This document shows positions 22,907 through 33,253 of a DNA stretch of 64,000 bases, piece after piece. This DNA is from Betaproteobacteria bacterium. Its GTDB lineage: Bacteria; Pseudomonadota; Gammaproteobacteria; Burkholderiales; Rhodocyclaceae. The stretch is from contig SHNC01000215.1 of the NCBI GenBank assembly GCA_004295105.1, positions 71,879 through 135,878 of the forward strand, read 5' to 3'. A model generated the notes under the pieces. It saw nothing but the letters and a program-made list of their open reading frames with translations. It did no database searches and was not told the DNA's origin. Numbering within the stretch: position 1 is the stretch's first letter; each line of letters opens with the position of its first letter. A program made the position numbers and the translations under genes.

Positions 22907-23022
22907 CGACGACCGGGCCGCAAGGCCCCTGCAGTGTTGTCCGCCATGAGGCGCCGGGCGAGCGGGCGCGATCGAGGTCCTCGCGTGGCGCGGAACCCCA
23001 TCGCCCCGAATCGGCCTACAAC

Positions 23023-23352
23023 TCAATTCAGATAGAGTTGCCGCATGGATTCGCGCTCGGCGGGCGTCATGTTCTTGAGTTCTTCGAGCACCTGCGCCCG
23101 CGTCTTTCCGCCGCCCTTGCTGGGCTCGGGAAGCAGGACATCGCGCAGTGAATTCTCATAGCTGCCGTCGGCCTTGGCCTGCTGCAGTTCGCGGATCACT
23201 TCGGCACGGGTTTTGGTGCTCTCTGCATGGTCGGCATGAAAGGTGGGGCCTGAATTGCTGTACGTGTTGTGCCATACCTCGGCGAACGACAGGGTCGGGA
23301 CGACGAGCAGGCTGGCGGCGAATGCCGCGGATGTCAGGAGGCGGTTGGCCAT
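23023..23352 (-). CDS. Small exported protein (DUF4148-like, KTRAEV/KTRAQV repeats)
   Basis: Signal peptide ending SFA; two KTRA(E/Q)V repeats. Confidence 0.75.
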   Translation of the reverse strand: MANRLLTSAAFAASLLVVPTLSFAEVWHNTYSNSGPTFHADHAESTKTRAEVIRELQQAKADGSYENSLRDVLLPEPSKGGGKTRAQVLEELKNMTPAERESMRQLYLN

Positions 23353-23468
23353 GATGGACTCCGATGGAACGTTCGGGGGCGCCAGGCCTTCCAGGCCGGG
23401 CGACGCCTTGAAGACCAAGGCATGGCAACAGTCTATGAACCTGCCTCCGTCAATTTGCGAACTGCCGG

Positions 23469-23484
23469 ATTACGATTTTGTAAT
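23469..23484. promoter_or_regulatory. CopR/CzcR-type response-regulator box (partial)
   Basis: ATTAC-gattt-TGTAAT between the divergent small exported gene and the response regulator. Confidence 0.6.
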
Positions 23485-23518
23485 GTCACGCTCATTTCCT
23501 TTCGGGGAGAATCAGGTC

Positions 23519-24208
23519 ATGAAAGTGCTGGTGGTCGAGGACGAGCCCAAGCTGGCGGAATATCTGCGCAAGGCCCTGACGCAGAGCAGCTATGTCGTCG
23601 ATGTCGTCGCCGATGGGTTGAGCGGGCTGCACCTCGCGCGTGAGCAGGCCTACGACCTGATCGTTCTGGACGTCATGCTGCCGCAACTCGACGGCTTCGG
23701 CGTGCTGAGCGCGTTGCGCAAGAGCAGCCATGTGCCGGTGCTGATGCTCACCGCGCGCGACAGCATTGAAGACAGGGTGAAGGGCTTGCAGCGGGGCGCG
23801 GACGATTACCTCGTCAAGCCCTTTGCGCTCTCCGAGTTGCTCGCGCGCGTGCAGGCGCTGCTTCGTCGGGGCGGGATGTCGGCGTCGACGCCCCTGGAGC
23901 CTGCAATGCTCGTTCTGGACGACCTCGAGGTCGATCTCATCCGCCGCAGGGCCACACGGGGCGGACAGCGGCTCGATCTGACGGCGAAGGAATTCACGCT
24001 GCTGACCCTGCTGTTGCGCCGGCGCGGCGAAGTCCTCTCGCGCACGGTGCTCGCCGAGCAGGTGTGGGACATGAATTTCGACAGCAACATCAATGTCGTC
24101 GAAGTGGCCGTGCGTCGGCTGCGCGCAAAACTGGACCAGGCCTTCGACCGCAAACTCCTGCATACCGTGCGTGGCATGGGATACGTACTCGAGCGTCGGG
24201 ACGAATGA
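23519..24208 (+). CDS. Heavy-metal response regulator (CzcR/CusR, OmpR family)
   Basis: [43 protein letters not shown]. Confidence 0.93.
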   Translation: MKVLVVEDEPKLAEYLRKALTQSSYVVDVVADGLSGLHLAREQAYDLIVLDVMLPQLDGFGVLSALRKSSHVPVLMLTARDSIEDRVKGLQRGADDYLVKPFALSELLARVQALLRRGGMSASTPLEPAMLVLDDLEVDLIRRRATRGGQRLDLTAKEFTLLTLLLRRRGEVLSRTVLAEQVWDMNFDSNINVVEVAVRRLRAKLDQAFDRKLLHTVRGMGYVLERRDE

Positions 24209-25548
24209 GCGCCCGCAAGCCCCGCTCGTTGCGGCGATGGCTTTCCGTTGCGCTCGCCGTGCTGACGCTCTCCGGATTGGGGGGCGTGGGCGCGGCCGTC
24301 TTTCTGGCGACGGGGCTCAGTCTGACCGCCCGGCAGGCGGCCACCGTGCGGCAGCACCGGGAAGTCATCGAGCATCTCGCCGAGGAAGTCAGGACGCCGG
24401 GCGATCTTGATGATCTGCGGCACAAGCTCGACGATTTCTTCGTTGGCCGCTCGGATCTTCGACTGGAAATTCGTTCGCCGTCGGGCCAGGCGATATTCGA
24501 ACGTGACACCCGACGCATGCGTGCGCCGGCGCATCAACGTCAGTCTGTGTTCGAGCTAGCTTCGCCGGCCTGGCCCGCCGGCGGTGCCAAGGCCGAGTTG
24601 CTGCTGGATGTGTCGGCCGATGAACAGTTGCTGCAATGGCTGGCGTGGACCTTGGTCGCGTCCGCCTTGATCGGCGCCGCGGTGATCTCCCTCGCCGCCG
24701 CCTGGCTCGTGCGCCGTGCGCTCGAGCCGGTCGATGCCCTGGCGCGACAGGCAACCAGCCTCGTGCCTGAGCACCTCGACGCACGCCTCGACGGAACGGC
24801 CCAGGCGGCCGAAATGCAGCCCTTGGTAGCGCAATTCAATGCGGTGCTCGCGCGGCTGCAGCGCGCCTATCGTCAGATGGAAGCGTTCAATGCCGATGTC
24901 GCGCACGAACTGCGGACACCGCTGGCAACGCTGATCGGGCAGACGGAACTGGCCTTGGAGGGGAGCGAAGGCGCGGCGGAACTCAGGGAGGTCATGGCGT
25001 CCAATTTAGAGGAGTTGCAGCATCTTTCCAGCCTCGTTCATGACATGCTGTTCATCGCCAATGCGGACAGAGGAGCAAGGATACGCGCTGGTGGTATCGA
25101 GCACCTCGCCACCCTTGCGCATGAGGTCGCTGAGTACCACGAAGCGGCATTGCTCGATGCCGGTTTGACGGTTGCCATTCGCGGAGACGCCGCCGCGCGG
25201 GTCGATGGGCGCCTGATTCGTCTGGCACTGTCCAACCTGTTGTCGAATGCGACCCGCTATGCGACCGCGAATTCGGAGATCGAGATCCGGATCATGCGCG
25301 ATGCTTCAGGAGACATTGCACTGGCGGTGACCAACTCAGGTATAGAGATTGCGGAGGAGCACCTTCCGAGAATTTTCGATCGATTCTATCGGGTGGATAC
25401 GTCGCGCATCCATGGAGGCGCGCGCAATTATGGATTGGGTCTGGCAATCGTCGCCGCGATTGCGCACATGCACGACGGTCGGACTTTCGCGCGTTCGTCC
25501 GGCGGGTACACGACCATCGGGCTCGTGCTGCCTGCCAAGGTCGAGTAG
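24205..25548 (+). CDS. Heavy-metal sensor histidine kinase (CzcS/CusS family)
   Basis: Two TMs, HAMP, AHELRTP, NLLSNA, FDRFYR, GLGLAIV; ATGA overlap with the regulator. Confidence 0.92.
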   Translation: MSARKPRSLRRWLSVALAVLTLSGLGGVGAAVFLATGLSLTARQAATVRQHREVIEHLAEEVRTPGDLDDLRHKLDDFFVGRSDLRLEIRSPSGQAIFERDTRRMRAPAHQRQSVFELASPAWPAGGAKAELLLDVSADEQLLQWLAWTLVASALIGAAVISLAAAWLVRRALEPVDALARQATSLVPEHLDARLDGTAQAAEMQPLVAQFNAVLARLQRAYRQMEAFNADVAHELRTPLATLIGQTELALEGSEGAAELREVMASNLEELQHLSSLVHDMLFIANADRGARIRAGGIEHLATLAHEVAEYHEAALLDAGLTVAIRGDAAARVDGRLIRLALSNLLSNATRYATANSEIEIRIMRDASGDIALAVTNSGIEIAEEHLPRIFDRFYRVDTSRIHGGARNYGLGLAIVAAIAHMHDGRTFARSSGGYTTIGLVLPAKVE

Positions 25549-25650
25549 GCCGTCTCCTCGGAGGCTTGGCTTCCGTCACCGCCGAGATGCGCAGAACTGC
25601 TTCTGCTTCAGCAATGAAATGGCCCGTATCGTTCACGTCGCGCGCCGACC

Positions 25651-25677
25651 CTGACAAAGGTGTAATCCCCACGTCAC
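25651..25677. promoter_or_regulatory. CopR/CzcR-type box
   Basis: CTGACA-aagg-TGTAAT-N6-GTCAC upstream of the 25781 gene. Confidence 0.7.
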
Positions 25678-25780
25678 TGTCCTGACAGCTTGTCGGGCGT
25701 AGCCTTGATACCGTGCTTGAAGCCGAGTTGGATTCGGCGAGAGCTGTCGAACGATCAACCTGCAATGCTCGGAGGCCGTC

Positions 25781-26059
25781 ATGCGTTACCCCAAAATTCT
25801 TCTTGCGACCTTGCTTGCCGGAGCTGCCACAGTCGCTGTCGCCGAGCCCGATCGAAGCACGCCGGTCAAGGACGCCACGTCGGCCGCTTCTGCGGAGGGC
25901 AAAGCGCCGCCCGCGCAGCCGGTTTCCCGTCATAGTCATGCGGCGGAGAAGCTTGGATTTCCGCTCACCCAGAAGGACAGCAAGTCGGGGCAGGCCAAAG
26001 CGGGCACGACCGACAACGAACGCTCCATGCGTCACGATCACGTCCGCGACATGAAGTAA
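25781..26059 (+). CDS. Small exported His-motif protein (HSHxxEK...RHDHxRDxK)
   Basis: Signal peptide; two short His motifs; preceded by a metal-regulator box and GGAGG. Confidence 0.7.
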   Translation: MRYPKILLATLLAGAATVAVAEPDRSTPVKDATSAASAEGKAPPAQPVSRHSHAAEKLGFPLTQKDSKSGQAKAGTTDNERSMRHDHVRDMK

Positions 26060-26363
26060 TGCCAGGGGCCATGTCAGTTGCCGACTGACACGTTCAACAC
26101 ATGCTCCACCAGCAGGCCGCGTGCGCCCGGGCGTGGAAGCGACACCCGGCCTGCGCCTGGCAACTCGCCCGCCGCAACGGACCGAATGAGACACGCCACA
26201 GACGAACCGGGGAACGTCGCCGCCTCTCAGGATGGGGGATGTCCATCCGCTGGGTTGATCATGCGCCCGCTGGCGGAGTCGCCCAGCCGTTCGCTCCGAC
26301 CTTGTGAATCGTTTCGTCGATTGCCCCCGTCGACACGGCGCAGCAAGTCGCTGCCCACACAGA

Positions 26364-26990
26364 ATGCGCTTGCTTGAAACACGCCTGATCTCGGCGCTGA
26401 CGCACGAAGCCGATCAGGGCGCCTTCCCTTTGGTGGTGAGCGTCGTCGCCGCGGCGGCGACGTTGTCGATGACCGTACCTTTCGCCTCGCTGCTGGTCGC
26501 CGCCGCACTGATGGCTCCGCGGCGCTGGAGATCAATCGCGCTGTTCTCGAGCGTGGGCGCGGCGCTGGGCGCCGCCTTGCTCTACCTCGCATTTCACCAC
26601 CTGGGCTGGGCGATGCTCTACGCTACCTACCCCGATGTCGTACGCTCGACAGCGTGGTCCGATGCAACACGCTGGCTGTCCCGCTACGGCGTCGTATCAC
26701 TGCAGCTGATCGCCGCCTTGCCGCTGCCCCTGACGCCGGCCTTGATGTTCGCCGCAATATCTCGCCTCCCGGTCGCAGAAGTGCTGGCGTTGTGGCTTGG
26801 GAAACTCGCGAAGTACCTTGCCTATGCATGGCTGACATCGCTATTTCCGGAGCACGTGTTGCGCCACGGCTGGGCACGGGTGGCCGCGCTCCACGCCGCG
26901 CTTGCGCGTGCCGCCACCGAGAGTGATTGGCCGCGCGCGCGCCATCACCGACCCGTCGCCGATGAAAACCAGACCCGGCGCGGCCCATAG
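26364..26990 (+). CDS. DedA/VTT-like integral membrane protein
   Basis: Hydrophobic; SVGAALGAALLY...RYG...ALPLPLTP...GKLAKY pattern. Start uncertain. Confidence 0.6.
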   Translation: MRLLETRLISALTHEADQGAFPLVVSVVAAAATLSMTVPFASLLVAAALMAPRRWRSIALFSSVGAALGAALLYLAFHHLGWAMLYATYPDVVRSTAWSDATRWLSRYGVVSLQLIAALPLPLTPALMFAAISRLPVAEVLALWLGKLAKYLAYAWLTSLFPEHVLRHGWARVAALHAALARAATESDWPRARHHRPVADENQTRRGP

Positions 26991-27040
26991 CCCACCTCAC
27001 ACCCACGTCGCCGCTCCATCCCTGTCATGTGCTTTTCAGC

Positions 27041-27569
27041 TCAGGCCAGCTTCCTCGCCGGTACCGGACTCCTGGCGATCGCTACCATGACGCTCCGCTG
27101 CGCCGAGACGTACTCCGCCGCGGCTGCGCTGTGGGCGAGCGCACCAAGCTCGGCGCGTTGCTGGTTCGCAGTTCGCCGCTCGAAAAGTTCCCGCAGACGG
27201 TCGGCATCACGGCGCGCCTGAACTTCGGCCGCCCCGGCCTGGGCGGCCCCCGCCCGCGCGCGCGACAAGGCGGCGTCAGCACTGGTGATGGCCAGCGGTA
27301 CCTCCCTGCGCAGCAGGGCCACGGAGGCCTGCGTCGCTTCGAACTGGGCATCCAGCACCGCCACCGCGGCCCGCGCCTGATCAACCTTGGCGCGCAGGGT
27401 ACTTGGAGGCAATGGCGACGTTATTCCCTTCGATGCGCCCGTTGGCCTGGATCAAGCCCTCGGGCAATTCACCGCGGTTGCTCGCCAGAAACAAGGCGGC
27501 CAGTGTGGCCGCTGCGGCGACGATGAGGCCTGCCCACAGCGCCTTCTTTCGCGTCGGTATCGCGTTCAT
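27041..27569 (-). pseudogene. HlyD-family secretion adaptor, internally deleted/frameshifted and truncated
   Basis: N-terminal TM and ANGRIEG...IASKYP in one frame (27381-27569); the coiled-coil hairpin continues in another frame (27041-27412) and stops early. Confidence 0.75.
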
Positions 27570-27626
27570 ATCTGCCTGTTCGCCACGTCACATACGCTTC
27601 GCAAGCGCGCAACACGCCGGTGCGGA

Positions 27627-27998
27627 TCAGCAACCTCGGCGATGATGCCGATGCGCGGAAGGTGCGTTTTCCACGCCCGACGCGGCCGCAAAGCGCTCCG
27701 GCTCGGCCTCGAAGCGGTCGCGGTTCTCGCGCGTCGCGAAGTAATACGTCCGATCCTTATAGACGCAGGTGACTGCCCGGGTCGGTTCGACCGGCTGGCC
27801 GCTCACCGCGTCGATAACCGACGCCGGCGGCGACACCTCATCGGCCCGGCTCGAGCTTCTCGAGCCTTCATCGTGATCATGCCCATGGCGGTGCGATCGA
27901 TGTCCTCCCGCGCCACACCCCATTCCACCGCGGCGCATCAGGACGAACATGCCCAGGGCGAAGACGATCCAGATCCAGTTTTGCGTAAGCCATTCCAT
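27627..27998 (-). CDS. Membrane-anchored YHS-domain protein
   Basis: MEWLTQNWIWI TM, GMGCG, His-rich linker, DAVSG...YKDRTYYFATRENRDRFEAEPERF; GGAG RBS. Confidence 0.82.
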   Translation of the reverse strand: MEWLTQNWIWIVFALGMFVLMRRGGMGCGAGGHRSHRHGHDHDEGSRSSSRADEVSPPASVIDAVSGQPVEPTRAVTCVYKDRTYYFATRENRDRFEAEPERFAAASGVENAPSAHRHHRRGC

Positions 27999-28065
27999 GT
28001 CGCTCTCCTCGGTTGTCGCCGGTCGCGCATGACACGTCGCCGCGTGCCTATTGTTTCCGGCGCGA

Positions 28066-29850
28066 TCAATGCCCTTGTCGGTCAAAGAGTGCCCAGAACA
28101 TCGCCTCCTGGGTCTCGTCCCGCCACTTGCGCAAACCTTCGAGACCGTTGGAAATCATTCGGCTCACGGCCTGCTCGCCCACCAACGCGGGGTTATCGGC
28201 ATTCACCGGTTGCCGGTGTTCACGAACCATGGGCGACATCGCTTCCACTAAGTGCATCCAGGGGCTGAACCTTGCCGAGAACAGATAGCGGCTCGTGCGC
28301 ATCGGATGCAGCCACTTCAGTGTCAACGCCGTCCACGGCGTGGCAAAGGTCTGTACCACCGGACTGACGAAGCAGCGGTAGAGCGATTCATTGAACTCGG
28401 AGAGCTGCCGCACAGCCTCGAACGTTTCGGGCGGAGAATCAAAGTGGAGGTCCTCGACCTGGCGCTCCTCGAACACGACCTCGTACTGCGGCTTGCGGCA
28501 ATCTGGATCACCCGTGGGATTGATGATCTTCATCTCGTAAAGGCCTGGCGAGAGCCCCTCCAATTCGTGCACGGATTCCAGGATCGCCCGATGCTCGAGG
28601 CGGGCGACGCTCGCCGAAGCGAAGATGCCGAGATGACCGACGTGGGGATTGATCAGAAAGACGATGCGTTGCCCTGCGGCCTTCAGCGCGGCGGTCGTCG
28701 GATAGATTGCCGGAATCCAGTTCAGGGCCTGATGCGGCGGGGTGATGTTGTCGCCGCTGGACGCGAAGATCAGCAGCGGATTGCGAATTCGCTTCAGGTC
28801 GATCATGCAGTCGTCGCAGACCCGCATCTCGCCACGCTCGAGCTTGTTGCCGACGAAAAGGTTCTCGACGATGGCGACGATTTCCTCACGGCTCAAAAAG
28901 TAGAATCCCGACCACCAGCGCTCGAAATCGAGAAACCGCTCACGTTCGTCATCGATGTTGGCAAACACGCCGTAGAGCTTGTCCCACATCGCGTGCGCCG
29001 GATTCAGGGCCTCGAAGTTCTGCACCAGCCACGCACCGTCAAAACTACCGTTACTCAGATCGGCGAGGAAATGCGTCATCCACACGCCGCCAACGAGTCC
29101 GCCCGCCAGACGCATCGGGTTCACGTCAGGGGCGCCAGCCCAATAGGACAGGGGTGAGCCGTTGAGGACCGCCGGCCCGGCCAGCCCGCCACACCCCGCC
29201 GATAGCAGGGCCATAGCCCAGCCGGCCTGGCAGTTTCCATACAACACCGGAGTGCGCCCCTCATGGCGTCGGCTCACTTCCTCGACGAAGCGGCGCAAGG
29301 CGTGTAGCACATCGGCCAGAGTTTGGCCAAGACACGGTTCGGGATAGAACATGACGAAATAGACGGCATGCCCCTCATGCAGCGCCATGCCAACCTCCGA
29401 GTCGCGCTTGAAGCCACCGATCCCTGGGCCATGGCCGGCGCGCGGATCGACGATGATCAGCGGGCGCTTGGTGTCGTCCGCGCAGTGCGCGTAGCAGTCC
29501 GCATCGGTGCCGGTGCCGGTGATCCGTAGCAAGGCATAGTTCGCCGGCCGCTCGAAGTGGCGTGCGTCGAGGAGAAGCTCGTAGTCGAAGTCGAGAAGCG
29601 GCGGCAGACCCGCCTGCTCGTGCTCGAGCATGTTGTCGGCTCGCTCGCGCAAGGTATCGAGAAACAGCACCGTACGCTGCCAAAAGTCGATCGGGTAGGC
29701 CCATGGTGTTGCCCACATGGACGCGCTGGAGGTGGGGTCCGCCGCTCGACTGACAACGGTCGACACCGGTATCGCTTGTTGGCCTGCCGACGCCGGAGCG
29801 GGCAGTCCTTTGGGTGCTCTGTGGTTCTTGGTCGCTGCTTTGGTCATCAT
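28066..29850 (-). CDS. DUF3141 alpha/beta-hydrolase-fold protein (PHA-synthase-like)
   Basis: DPRAGHGPGIGGFK, GNCQAG, SSGDNITPP, GHLGIF. Confidence 0.88.
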   Translation of the reverse strand: MMTKAATKNHRAPKGLPAPASAGQQAIPVSTVVSRAADPTSSASMWATPWAYPIDFWQRTVLFLDTLRERADNMLEHEQAGLPPLLDFDYELLLDARHFERPANYALLRITGTGTDADCYAHCADDTKRPLIIVDPRAGHGPGIGGFKRDSEVGMALHEGHAVYFVMFYPEPCLGQTLADVLHALRRFVEEVSRRHEGRTPVLYGNCQAGWAMALLSAGCGGLAGPAVLNGSPLSYWAGAPDVNPMRLAGGLVGGVWMTHFLADLSNGSFDGAWLVQNFEALNPAHAMWDKLYGVFANIDDERERFLDFERWWSGFYFLSREEIVAIVENLFVGNKLERGEMRVCDDCMIDLKRIRNPLLIFASSGDNITPPHQALNWIPAIYPTTAALKAAGQRIVFLINPHVGHLGIFASASVARLEHRAILESVHELEGLSPGLYEMKIINPTGDPDCRKPQYEVVFEERQVEDLHFDSPPETFEAVRQLSEFNESLYRCFVSPVVQTFATPWTALTLKWLHPMRTSRYLFSARFSPWMHLVEAMSPMVREHRQPVNADNPALVGEQAVSRMISNGLEGLRKWRDETQEAMFWALFDRQGH

Positions 29851-30002
29851 GGAGACTCCGATCAATCCGTCGTTTCACTCTTTAGCCATTGGTGCCGATC
29901 ACTTTGCAAACGTGGAAACACGATCCTCCTGGGGTCGTCAACATCGCACCTCTGGCCCCTCACGGTCCTGCTCGTCACCGTATCCCCGCCGCATCTCGCG
30001 CC

Positions 30003-31250
30003 TCATCCCCGCTCCTCCTCGGTCGAGGGGCACGCAACATTGCGCGCAGTCGCTGCGACGCGCGTCGACACGAGCGCGGCACCGGCAAGCAGACCGGCAC
30101 TCAGCCAGAAGGGTGCCTCGGGCCGCACGTTGAACAGGACCCCGGCGGCGAACGAGCCTGCGGCCTGCCCCAGATTCCCCGCAGCAATGCTCTTGCCAAG
30201 GGCTGCCCCCTGGTGGTCGCCCGCGTCGACCGAAATGCGGTAGTTCACAACGGGAACGAGAATGCCCGCGGCGGCGGCGATCAGACCGACCAGGCCCACC
30301 ACACCGGGATCGCTGTCGCTGTAGGGCAAAAGGGCCATACCACCCGCGAGCGCCACGAAGGCCGATGTCGTCACGAGTCCGCTGTGCAGCCATGCGGGCG
30401 ACGAGCGGAAGACTGCAAGCTGGGCCGCAATCATGACGACGCTGCATTCCATGAAAATGAGGCTGATCGCCGTTGCAGGCATCCCGAGGAAGCGCTGGGC
30501 GCGCAGCGCGATGGCGACCTCGAAACTGCCAATCCCGAACATGAGCAGCATCAACAACAGGAACAAGGTCGGCCGCACGCGCGCCCCGTCCTGCGTGATG
30601 GTTATGGTGTGCATCACCCCGCTCGGCAGACGAAAAAACAGGGCAACCCAGGCCAGTGCACCCAAGGCAGCAGCGACAGCGAAGGGCGAGGCCAGCGCCC
30701 AATGCCATAAGCCCGCGCTGCTCGAAGTGGCTCCCGCACGGGTCGTGAAGCCACTCAAGGCCGGCCCCGCCAGCAGCCCCAGGCCGGCGGCTGCGCTCAA
30801 CCCGGCAAAGCGGCGTGCGCGTTGTTCTGCCGGATGGCTGGCACCGGCGAAAGCCATCGCGACCGGCAACACCGCGGCGGCGAAGACGCCACTGGCGACG
30901 CGCATGGCGTAAGCCTGGAACAGGGTCGGGGAGAGCCCGAACAGCGACACCGTCGCCACATAACCCGCCAGCCCTGTCAGAAGGACGGGCCGCAGCCCGA
31001 CGTGGTCCGCAAATCGTCCGCAGATGGGCGCGAACGCGAACAGCGCCAAGGTGTAGACACCCGTCAGCATGCCTGCATGCCACGACGTGTCGTAACGCCG
31101 GCCGCCATCTGCCAGATGCTCGATGAAGGGGACCGTCACCGGCAACAGGCTGCCGTAGCCCAGGGAGACCACGAACACCGCCGACGTCAGCAGCAAGTAG
31201 ACGTCGTCCGTGTTGGCGTAAATCGAGCGTCGCTTCAACACTGTTGGCAT
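30003..31250 (-). CDS. MFS transporter (DHA1/TetA-like)
   Basis: About 12 TMs; motif A GRFADHVGLRPVLL. Confidence 0.88.
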   Translation of the reverse strand: MPTVLKRRSIYANTDDVYLLLTSAVFVVSLGYGSLLPVTVPFIEHLADGGRRYDTSWHAGMLTGVYTLALFAFAPICGRFADHVGLRPVLLTGLAGYVATVSLFGLSPTLFQAYAMRVASGVFAAAVLPVAMAFAGASHPAEQRARRFAGLSAAAGLGLLAGPALSGFTTRAGATSSSAGLWHWALASPFAVAAALGALAWVALFFRLPSGVMHTITITQDGARVRPTLFLLLMLLMFGIGSFEVAIALRAQRFLGMPATAISLIFMECSVVMIAAQLAVFRSSPAWLHSGLVTTSAFVALAGGMALLPYSDSDPGVVGLVGLIAAAAGILVPVVNYRISVDAGDHQGAALGKSIAAGNLGQAAGSFAAGVLFNVRPEAPFWLSAGLLAGAALVSTRVAATARNVACPSTEEERG

Positions 31251-31266
31251 CTTCCCGGACGACCCG

Positions 31267-31818
31267 TCAATGATGGTTGTAGCGAAACTCCGCCTCGAGC
31301 GCCTCGGCATCGCCGGGCTGCCGGAATTGAAGTCTCAGTCGATAGGCGGTACCGCGGCCTGTCATCGGCACCTGCCCTACGTAGGCCGGATCGTTGCCGT
31401 GGAAGCCCGGCGCCAGCGGCCAGCGAGTGGCGATCCGTCCCTTTCTCGCGACCTCCACCGCTACGGCTGCGTCCGCGATGGGATGCCCCGTCGTCCTCTC
31501 CCTCAGCAATGCGACGATGCGGTGTTCGCTCTCTCCCAACGGCGTCGTCGCATGCCCTTGGGAAGGTGTGACCTGGAGCCACACCACGACTCCATCCACG
31601 GTCTCGCGCTGGAATATCTCCTCAGCGAGAGCGGGCGAGAAGCAGGTAGCCGCGATCACCGGAAATAGTCGGCGAGCTAGTTTGCGGAGACGCCCGGCTC
31701 GAAGACCCTGTCCTCGAACGATCGGCTCTCCCTCGCAAGCAACCGAGCAAGTCAGGCTGGCGCGCGGAGGAGTCAGCCCGACTTCACCACGCCTCCCAGC
31801 GAACGTATTGACATCCAT
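31267..31818 (-). CDS. Hypothetical exported beta-sandwich protein (YtkA/FixH-like)
   Basis: Signal-like segment ending PALA; HRIVALL...IADAAV...YRLRLQF...EAEFRY. Start uncertain. Confidence 0.55.
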   Translation of the reverse strand: MDVNTFAGRRGEVGLTPPRASLTCSVACEGEPIVRGQGLRAGRLRKLARRLFPVIAATCFSPALAEEIFQRETVDGVVVWLQVTPSQGHATTPLGESEHRIVALLRERTTGHPIADAAVAVEVARKGRIATRWPLAPGFHGNDPAYVGQVPMTGRGTAYRLRLQFRQPGDAEALEAEFRYNHH

Positions 31819-31844
31819 GGACTTGCCCCCTTTCAGCATCGCCG

Positions 31845-32504
31845 CTATTCCTTGGCGCTCTCCACACCCCTCCCAGCACCGAGGCGCGGAATGAACGCGG
31901 GCGTCCGGTCGCGGTAAGCCCGATATTCGTCGCCGAACTCCGCTAGCGCATCCTTCTCTTCGCTACGTGCCAAGCGCGCATAGACGACCAGCAGGATCGG
32001 GAAGAGGATGAGCGTGATCAGGGTCGGCCACTGCAGCAGGAAGCCGAACATGACCAGCACGAAGGCCACGTATTGCGGGTGGCGGATGCGGGCATACGGG
32101 CCGGTCGTGGCCACACGGTGGGCGCGTTGCGCCTCGTACAGCGGTGGCCAGGCACGGGCGAGCAGCATGAAGCCGGCGACCATGAAGACGGCGCTCAACA
32201 AGTGGAAGGGGCCGAAATGCGGGTTGGACCGCCAGCCGAACATGACTTCGAGCAAGTGGCCGGAGTCGTGCGAGAGAAAATCGACACCCGGAAAGCGCGA
32301 CGAGAGCCAGCCCGACAGCAGGTAGATCGTCAGCGGAAAACCGTACATTTCGGTGAACAGCGCGACGATGAACGCTGCGAACCCGCCAAAGGTGCGCCAG
32401 TCCCGCTTCGTGCGCGGCTTGTAGAAGCTGAACGCGAAGACGAGGAAGAACAGCGAATTGATGATGACCAGTGACCACAGGCCATAGGACGAGGAGTCGG
32501 TCAT
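31845..32504 (-). CDS. Isoprenylcysteine carboxyl methyltransferase-family membrane protein
   Basis: TTGPYARIRHPQY...EE...FGDEYRAYRDRTPAFIP. Confidence 0.92.
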   Translation of the reverse strand: MTDSSSYGLWSLVIINSLFFLVFAFSFYKPRTKRDWRTFGGFAAFIVALFTEMYGFPLTIYLLSGWLSSRFPGVDFLSHDSGHLLEVMFGWRSNPHFGPFHLLSAVFMVAGFMLLARAWPPLYEAQRAHRVATTGPYARIRHPQYVAFVLVMFGFLLQWPTLITLILFPILLVVYARLARSEEKDALAEFGDEYRAYRDRTPAFIPRLGAGRGVESAKE

Positions 32505-32767
32505 TTCCTTTCTCCCGATCCGTTGCGTCCGTCACGGCGATCGTGGCTGGAATCATCGTGGCCATCGCCGTGATGCATGAACAGGTGCATCAACGGACAG
32601 ACGAGCAGCAAGAGCCAAGGTAGGAAAGGCAGCACATGGGCGCGGTGCTCGGCGAGCAGGAAGAATGCGGCAATCGCGGCAAAGGCGAGGAAGACCCAGT
32701 GTGTCCGGCGACGCATCCGGTCGCCGGACTCCGCCGGTAGTTGGCGGTGGCTGTGATTCGAAGTCAT
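32501..32767 (-). CDS. DUF2933 family small membrane protein
   Basis: EHRAHV...LLLLVCPLMHLFMHHG. Confidence 0.9.
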   Translation of the reverse strand: MTSNHSHRQLPAESGDRMRRRTHWVFLAFAAIAAFFLLAEHRAHVLPFLPWLLLLVCPLMHLFMHHGDGHDDSSHDRRDGRNGSGERK

Positions 32768-32782
32768 GACTTCTCTCCCGGC

Positions 32783-33253
32783 TCAACGCCGCTTGAATTC
32801 GAAGACGGCTTCGACCGGGGCGGCTCTGTCCGGAACGCGCGCCTGAACGTCGATGCGATAGGGTCCCTCGCCCGACAGCACGAAATAGCCGCCGAAGCTG
32901 GTGGTGCCATCGATCTGCATCGGCTCGAGTACCTTGCTTGTACCGGCCATACCCAGTTCCGCGACGGTAGCCCGGATTTCTGCCTGGGTCACACGTGCAC
33001 CGCCGGAATCGAACAGTGCGATGAGCAGGTGGTAGCCGTCTCTCGCGGGCAGCCGCCCACCGTGCATCGTCCGCTCCTCATGGGATTGGGGATGCTGCGT
33101 GGCCACCTGCGCCGGCACCAGGCCGTAGTAGATGTCATAGCCGGATGCGTTGATGTGCTGCCGGGAGTCCGCCGCCGAGGCCGACGCGACGACGCCCAGC
33201 AGGCTGGTCAGCACAACGCGGCGTCTCCATGGTGCGACATACAGCGTTTTCAT
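32783..33253 (-). CDS. Exported putative metal-binding protein (DUF4426/YtkA-like)
   Basis: Signal peptide; YYGLVPA...HPQSHEERTMHGG...YHLLIALFD...LEPMQI...SFGGYF. Confidence 0.75.
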   Translation of the reverse strand: MKTLYVAPWRRRVVLTSLLGVVASASAADSRQHINASGYDIYYGLVPAQVATQHPQSHEERTMHGGRLPARDGYHLLIALFDSGGARVTQAEIRATVAELGMAGTSKVLEPMQIDGTTSFGGYFVLSGEGPYRIDVQARVPDRAAPVEAVFEFKRR

